Below are positions 60,334-64,000 of a stretch of 64,000 nucleotides of DNA, piece by piece. A program made the position numbers and the translations under genes. The stretch spans positions 352,001 through 416,000 of the forward strand of contig CAXXUA010000015.1 of the NCBI GenBank assembly GCA_963663765.2. Reading direction: 5' to 3'. Positions within the stretch are counted from its first letter, which is position 1; every line of letters begins with the position of its first letter. Under the pieces are notes generated by a model. It was given only the letters and a program-made list of their open reading frames with translations, was not told the DNA's origin and did not search any database. The stretch comes from Candidatus Poribacteria bacterium (GTDB lineage: Bacteria; Poribacteria; WGA-4E; WGA-3G).

Positions 60334-61413
60334 ATGCGGCATCTGATTACTCTTGATGATTTTTCAAATTTTGAAATTGAATCAATTTTCCGACTCGCTA
60401 TCGGTATGCAATCACAGTTGGATACTTGGGCAGGAATATGTAGAAGCAAATTACTTGCAACCCTTTTTTATGAACCGAGTACTCGGACACGACTTTCATT
60501 TGAAAGCGCGATGGAACGACTCAATGGAGGTACACTCGGTTTTTCTGACCCACAGGCAACATCTGCTACAAAAGGTGAAACGCTTGCTGACACAGCAAGA
60601 ATGGTTACAAACTATGCAGACATAATCGTTGTTCGACACAGTTGGGCAGGTTCAGCAAAGGTGATGGCTAAGTACGCAAACATTCCTGTGATTAATGGTG
60701 GAGATGGAAGCCATGCACATCCAACACAAGCTCTTACAGATCTCTTTACAATTATTCGTAGAAAATCAAAGGTACAAGGATTAACTGTTGGTGTTTGTGG
60801 TGATTTACGATATGGACGAGCTGCACATTCATTTGCTTTAGCAGTCGCAAGGTTCGGTGGAAAACTTGTTCACATCAATCCTAAAGGTTTACAAATGCCA
60901 ACATGGGTGCTTGCTCGATTAGCAGATGTACACGGACAGAAACCTATTGAAGTAGAAAATGTCAAAGAAGTTATAGAAACACTTGATGTCATTTATGTGA
61001 ATAGACTTCAAGAAGAACGCCTCCCAGCAAATGTTGATCCTAAGACTGTGAGAGGTAGTTATCTGCTGAATGCTACTGTGATGAACAACGCAAAATCTGA
61101 TGCAATCATCATGCACCCTCTGCCACGTGTAAATGAACTTGCTTATGAATTAGATGATGACCCTCGTGCTGCTTACTTTGAACAATCTGCAAATGCAGTA
61201 CCTATACGGATGGCACTCATAGCAAGTCTAATGGGTTTGGAAAAACTAATTTTGACACAACCTCCTAAAAGAAATATCAGTGAGACAACTCACAAATGTG
61301 AAAACTCTAACTGTATAACCAATCACGAGTCTTATCTTATATCTGAAAAGGAAACATTTAATGATAGTGAAGTAATACAGACTTGTGCATACTGTGGTAA
61401 CTTGTTTACCTGA
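60334..61413 (+). CDS. pyrB: Aspartate carbamoyltransferase with a fused PyrI-like zinc-binding domain
   Basis: FYEPSTRTRLSFE, KGETLAD, HPTQAL, MHPLPR; C-terminal CENSNCITNHE...CAYC. Confidence 0.92.
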   Translation: MRHLITLDDFSNFEIESIFRLAIGMQSQLDTWAGICRSKLLATLFYEPSTRTRLSFESAMERLNGGTLGFSDPQATSATKGETLADTARMVTNYADIIVVRHSWAGSAKVMAKYANIPVINGGDGSHAHPTQALTDLFTIIRRKSKVQGLTVGVCGDLRYGRAAHSFALAVARFGGKLVHINPKGLQMPTWVLARLADVHGQKPIEVENVKEVIETLDVIYVNRLQEERLPANVDPKTVRGSYLLNATVMNNAKSDAIIMHPLPRVNELAYELDDDPRAAYFEQSANAVPIRMALIASLMGLEKLILTQPPKRNISETTHKCENSNCITNHESYLISEKETFNDSEVIQTCAYCGNLFT

Positions 61414-61449
61414 ATTATTACATTGTTCCAAAAAAATACTAACAATTGT

Positions 61450-62940
61450 CTATTCTTGAGTTGAATCCTTTGATTTTGGAATCTTGGAAACTAACCCATC
61501 CTTTTCAATTATAGCGAATTGGATCCAGCGCCAATTAAGTACTTGAGGTCCAACAGCTTCCCAACTACTATGGTAAGATAACATTGCAACATAATCCTTT
61601 TCTGAATCAGGAGAATTGTCTGTTAAAAATCTATTTTTTGTCAAGTTTGTATATGTAACTGGTTCACCACTATCCCATCTCCATACACCCTCTTCTTCAA
61701 CATCATTTAGACCTATCCAATAGTAATGATCCTGAAAGATAGTTTGAACCCAGAAAAGTTCTTCTTGGTCATTGATTGAAACCAAATGTGCATTTTCGTC
61801 AATAGCTTTACGTTGTGCATCCTTCCAATCTTGACAATTGATTTTAGCATAAGCATGTCCATTTGCAGGATTAATGATCCAAACTAATCTTTCTGATTTA
61901 ATATTTGCAATTTTATTAGGTCTATTATTATTATTAAGTAGGTTTCTAACAAATATTCTTGATTTATCCTGATTTAACTTTGTTGTCGTTTTCTTAGGTG
62001 ATTTATCATCAACAGGATTTCCATTTAACCTGATAACAAGTTCACTTGGATGAATTCCATGATCGAGTAAAAAAGGACCTACAGTTCCAGTAAAACCTTC
62101 ATAATTCACCTTTAAAGAATATAATCCTGGTTCTCCTCTTGATTGAGTAAAAAAACCATTGGGATCGGTTTTACATGCTTTTTGGTCAGTTTCACTTCCA
62201 CCTACAAAATGTGCAGTATGATAGTATATGACGAGATTAAGATGTGAATTTGCCACCGGAGTACCATCTTTATAAACAATTTGTGAACGAATCTTAAGGC
62301 TTCGTTTGACAGTGATTGTTACATCTTTAAGGTCAACCCCTGGCTTTACTCCAAACATAAGCCCTGGGAAATGGCTTATGTTCTCAGGATTGTAAAATGT
62401 TATCTTATTCAAACGAATGCTAACAATCTTCATACCTAACTCTTCATTTACATTATGGACATCAAAAACTACATGCTGATGAGGTATTGGTGGAATAATC
62501 TCAATCTTCTTTTCATCAGCTTTCTTCTTATTATCAACCTTTTTCCTCTCATCAAACTGTTCCTTAGATATAGCATCAATACTAACATATCCCGGTCTGA
62601 TTCCTGAAACACTGAAAGTCCCTTCTGAGTCTGTCTTCCATTTTGTAATATTTATTTGCGTTACATCTTTATTATTATCAATGATAGGTCTAATGGTTGA
62701 TAGTTCTGGCATCCTAACCATAGTATGATTGATATGAATGTTTGGCGTAGTTGATGATTGAATAGAAAATGTAAATCCTGGTATGGGTTGTCCTTCTGTA
62801 TCAACAACTTTGCCTGAAAGACTAATAGAAGAATTATCATTTGTATCTGTCTTATTTTCTTCAGCTACAATCCCTGTCGTAGTAGACATTATTATGAGTA
62901 ACAGTGATGCAAACTTTACTGAGTATAGTATATATTTCAT
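61450..62940 (-). CDS. Secreted carboxypeptidase-regulatory-like + C-type lectin domain protein
   Basis: Signal peptide, SGKVVDTEGQPI, NPANGHAY..W.DAQ..HLVSIND, YWIGLND..EGVWRWDSGEP. Confidence 0.8.
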   Translation of the reverse strand: MKYILYSVKFASLLLIIMSTTTGIVAEENKTDTNDNSSISLSGKVVDTEGQPIPGFTFSIQSSTTPNIHINHTMVRMPELSTIRPIIDNNKDVTQINITKWKTDSEGTFSVSGIRPGYVSIDAISKEQFDERKKVDNKKKADEKKIEIIPPIPHQHVVFDVHNVNEELGMKIVSIRLNKITFYNPENISHFPGLMFGVKPGVDLKDVTITVKRSLKIRSQIVYKDGTPVANSHLNLVIYYHTAHFVGGSETDQKACKTDPNGFFTQSRGEPGLYSLKVNYEGFTGTVGPFLLDHGIHPSELVIRLNGNPVDDKSPKKTTTKLNQDKSRIFVRNLLNNNNRPNKIANIKSERLVWIINPANGHAYAKINCQDWKDAQRKAIDENAHLVSINDQEELFWVQTIFQDHYYWIGLNDVEEEGVWRWDSGEPVTYTNLTKNRFLTDNSPDSEKDYVAMLSYHSSWEAVGPQVLNWRWIQFAIIEKDGLVSKIPKSKDSTQE

Positions 62941-62960
62941 TAGAATTACTCCTTATAGGG

Positions 62961-64000
62961 TTATTCTTCAGATTTCATTAAACCGATGAGTAGATCTTCT
63001 TTTTCCAAAATTGCGCTTTTGGTTATTGAGATAATTGCATTACCATCACGAACTTGTTGCCACTTGCCAGTTACACCAATAAGCACTGTAAAAAGTTTTT
63101 CAGTTGAGTTGTTCTTTGATTCGGGTGCTTCAGATTTTGCTATGAGCGGATTTGCGTCCCAATTTGTAAATGTCATTGGTTCGCCATTGTCCCACAGTTT
63201 ATCACCATCTTTATCAATTTCAATGCAACCGATCCAATAGTTTTTTACACCAAAGACATCAAATATCCACTGTTGTTCCTCTTTATCGTTGATAGTTAGA
63301 AGGTGTGCATCGTGCTCCTTAGCAATATTAAGAGCTTCCTGAGGGGTCTGGCAATTAATCCTCTTATACGCATGCCTATTTGAAGGATTGATAGCCCACA
63401 TTCCTTCTATCTTTTTTTGTCGTGCCAATTGAACTATTTCCTGGTTAACATCTGGTACGCGCTTCTCTACAACTGGTACTTTTGGTATGATAAATTCTTC
63501 TTTGAACTTCAATGTAAGATCATCAATACTTTGTCCTTTTTTAAGCAGTATTTCTTTACTCTTTACAGTTTGATTTTGATATTGTATTGTTAATGTATAA
63601 TAAGCTTCATTGTTGACATAATATGTAAATTTTCCTTCAGCATCAAGTCTCCTACCTAAACTTGATCTACCTTTGCCCGTTCCTTTAACATTTCGTTGAT
63701 TCACTTGTAGCGTAATACTTGCATTGCTTAGTGGATTACCATCTGATGTGAGTACTTGACCACTTATACGCATCTTACGTCGAACAGATATTCTAACATT
63801 CTTTATATCATTATCTTCTTCAATACCAAAAGGAAATCCCATATTACTATGAAACATATATGGAACAAATTGAAATGATATCCCTTGAAAATCAATAAAA
63901 AGAACATCGTACCTATGTCCATGCTGCGGTAAGAGTTTTATCCAATTCACTGAACTTTTAGTTATGTTTTCAATTGCAAATGCACCTTTCGCATTAGTAG
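62961..64000 (-). CDS. C-type lectin domain paralog (5' end outside window)
   Basis: Frame is open to the window end; ISGQVLTSDGNPL, NPSNRHAY, HLLTIND, YWIG, WDNGEP. Confidence 0.78.
   Translation of the reverse strand, partial: TNAKGAFAIENITKSSVNWIKLLPQHGHRYDVLFIDFQGISFQFVPYMFHSNMGFPFGIEEDNDIKNVRISVRRKMRISGQVLTSDGNPLSNASITLQVNQRNVKGTGKGRSSLGRRLDAEGKFTYYVNNEAYYTLTIQYQNQTVKSKEILLKKGQSIDDLTLKFKEEFIIPKVPVVEKRVPDVNQEIVQLARQKKIEGMWAINPSNRHAYKRINCQTPQEALNIAKEHDAHLLTINDKEEQQWIFDVFGVKNYWIGCIEIDKDGDKLWDNGEPMTFTNWDANPLIAKSEAPESKNNSTEKLFTVLIGVTGKWQQVRDGNAIISITKSAILEKEDLLIGLMKSEE

Overview
An AT-rich bacterial chromosomal window, most likely from candidate phylum Poribacteria. This is inferred from LamG proteins ending in VDPRQKLTTTWG, a dockerin-like repeat, ASPIC/UnbV-FG-GAP and C-type lectin proteins. 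It holds about 40 genes, mostly housekeeping or envelope: potBC, tatA, trxB, moaC, MoxR, HtrA, dapA, dapF, dusB, two DppA-like binding proteins, an orphan groEL, alpha-2-macroglobulin plus pbpC, and pyrB. I found no rRNA, tRNA, CRISPR or transposase genes. The most striking non-coding structure is a nested set of non-autonomous mobile DNA. First, a 1146-bp element (41598-42743) has 12-bp terminal inverted repeats and a perfect 7-bp target duplication, and it encloses 26 tandem GTAG-type REP-like palindromes plus one inverted copy. Second, a four-copy MITE family (CAGGACTTACGCA ends) has a variable middle made of exchangeable hairpins, one of which is the same REP unit. The best protein-level candidates are a cytochrome P460-family lipoprotein next to a two-heme Cyc2-like cytochrome-porin, and an alpha-2-macroglobulin/pbpC operon behind a perfect sigma-54 promoter. 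All calls come from reading motifs by eye; no database searches were run.
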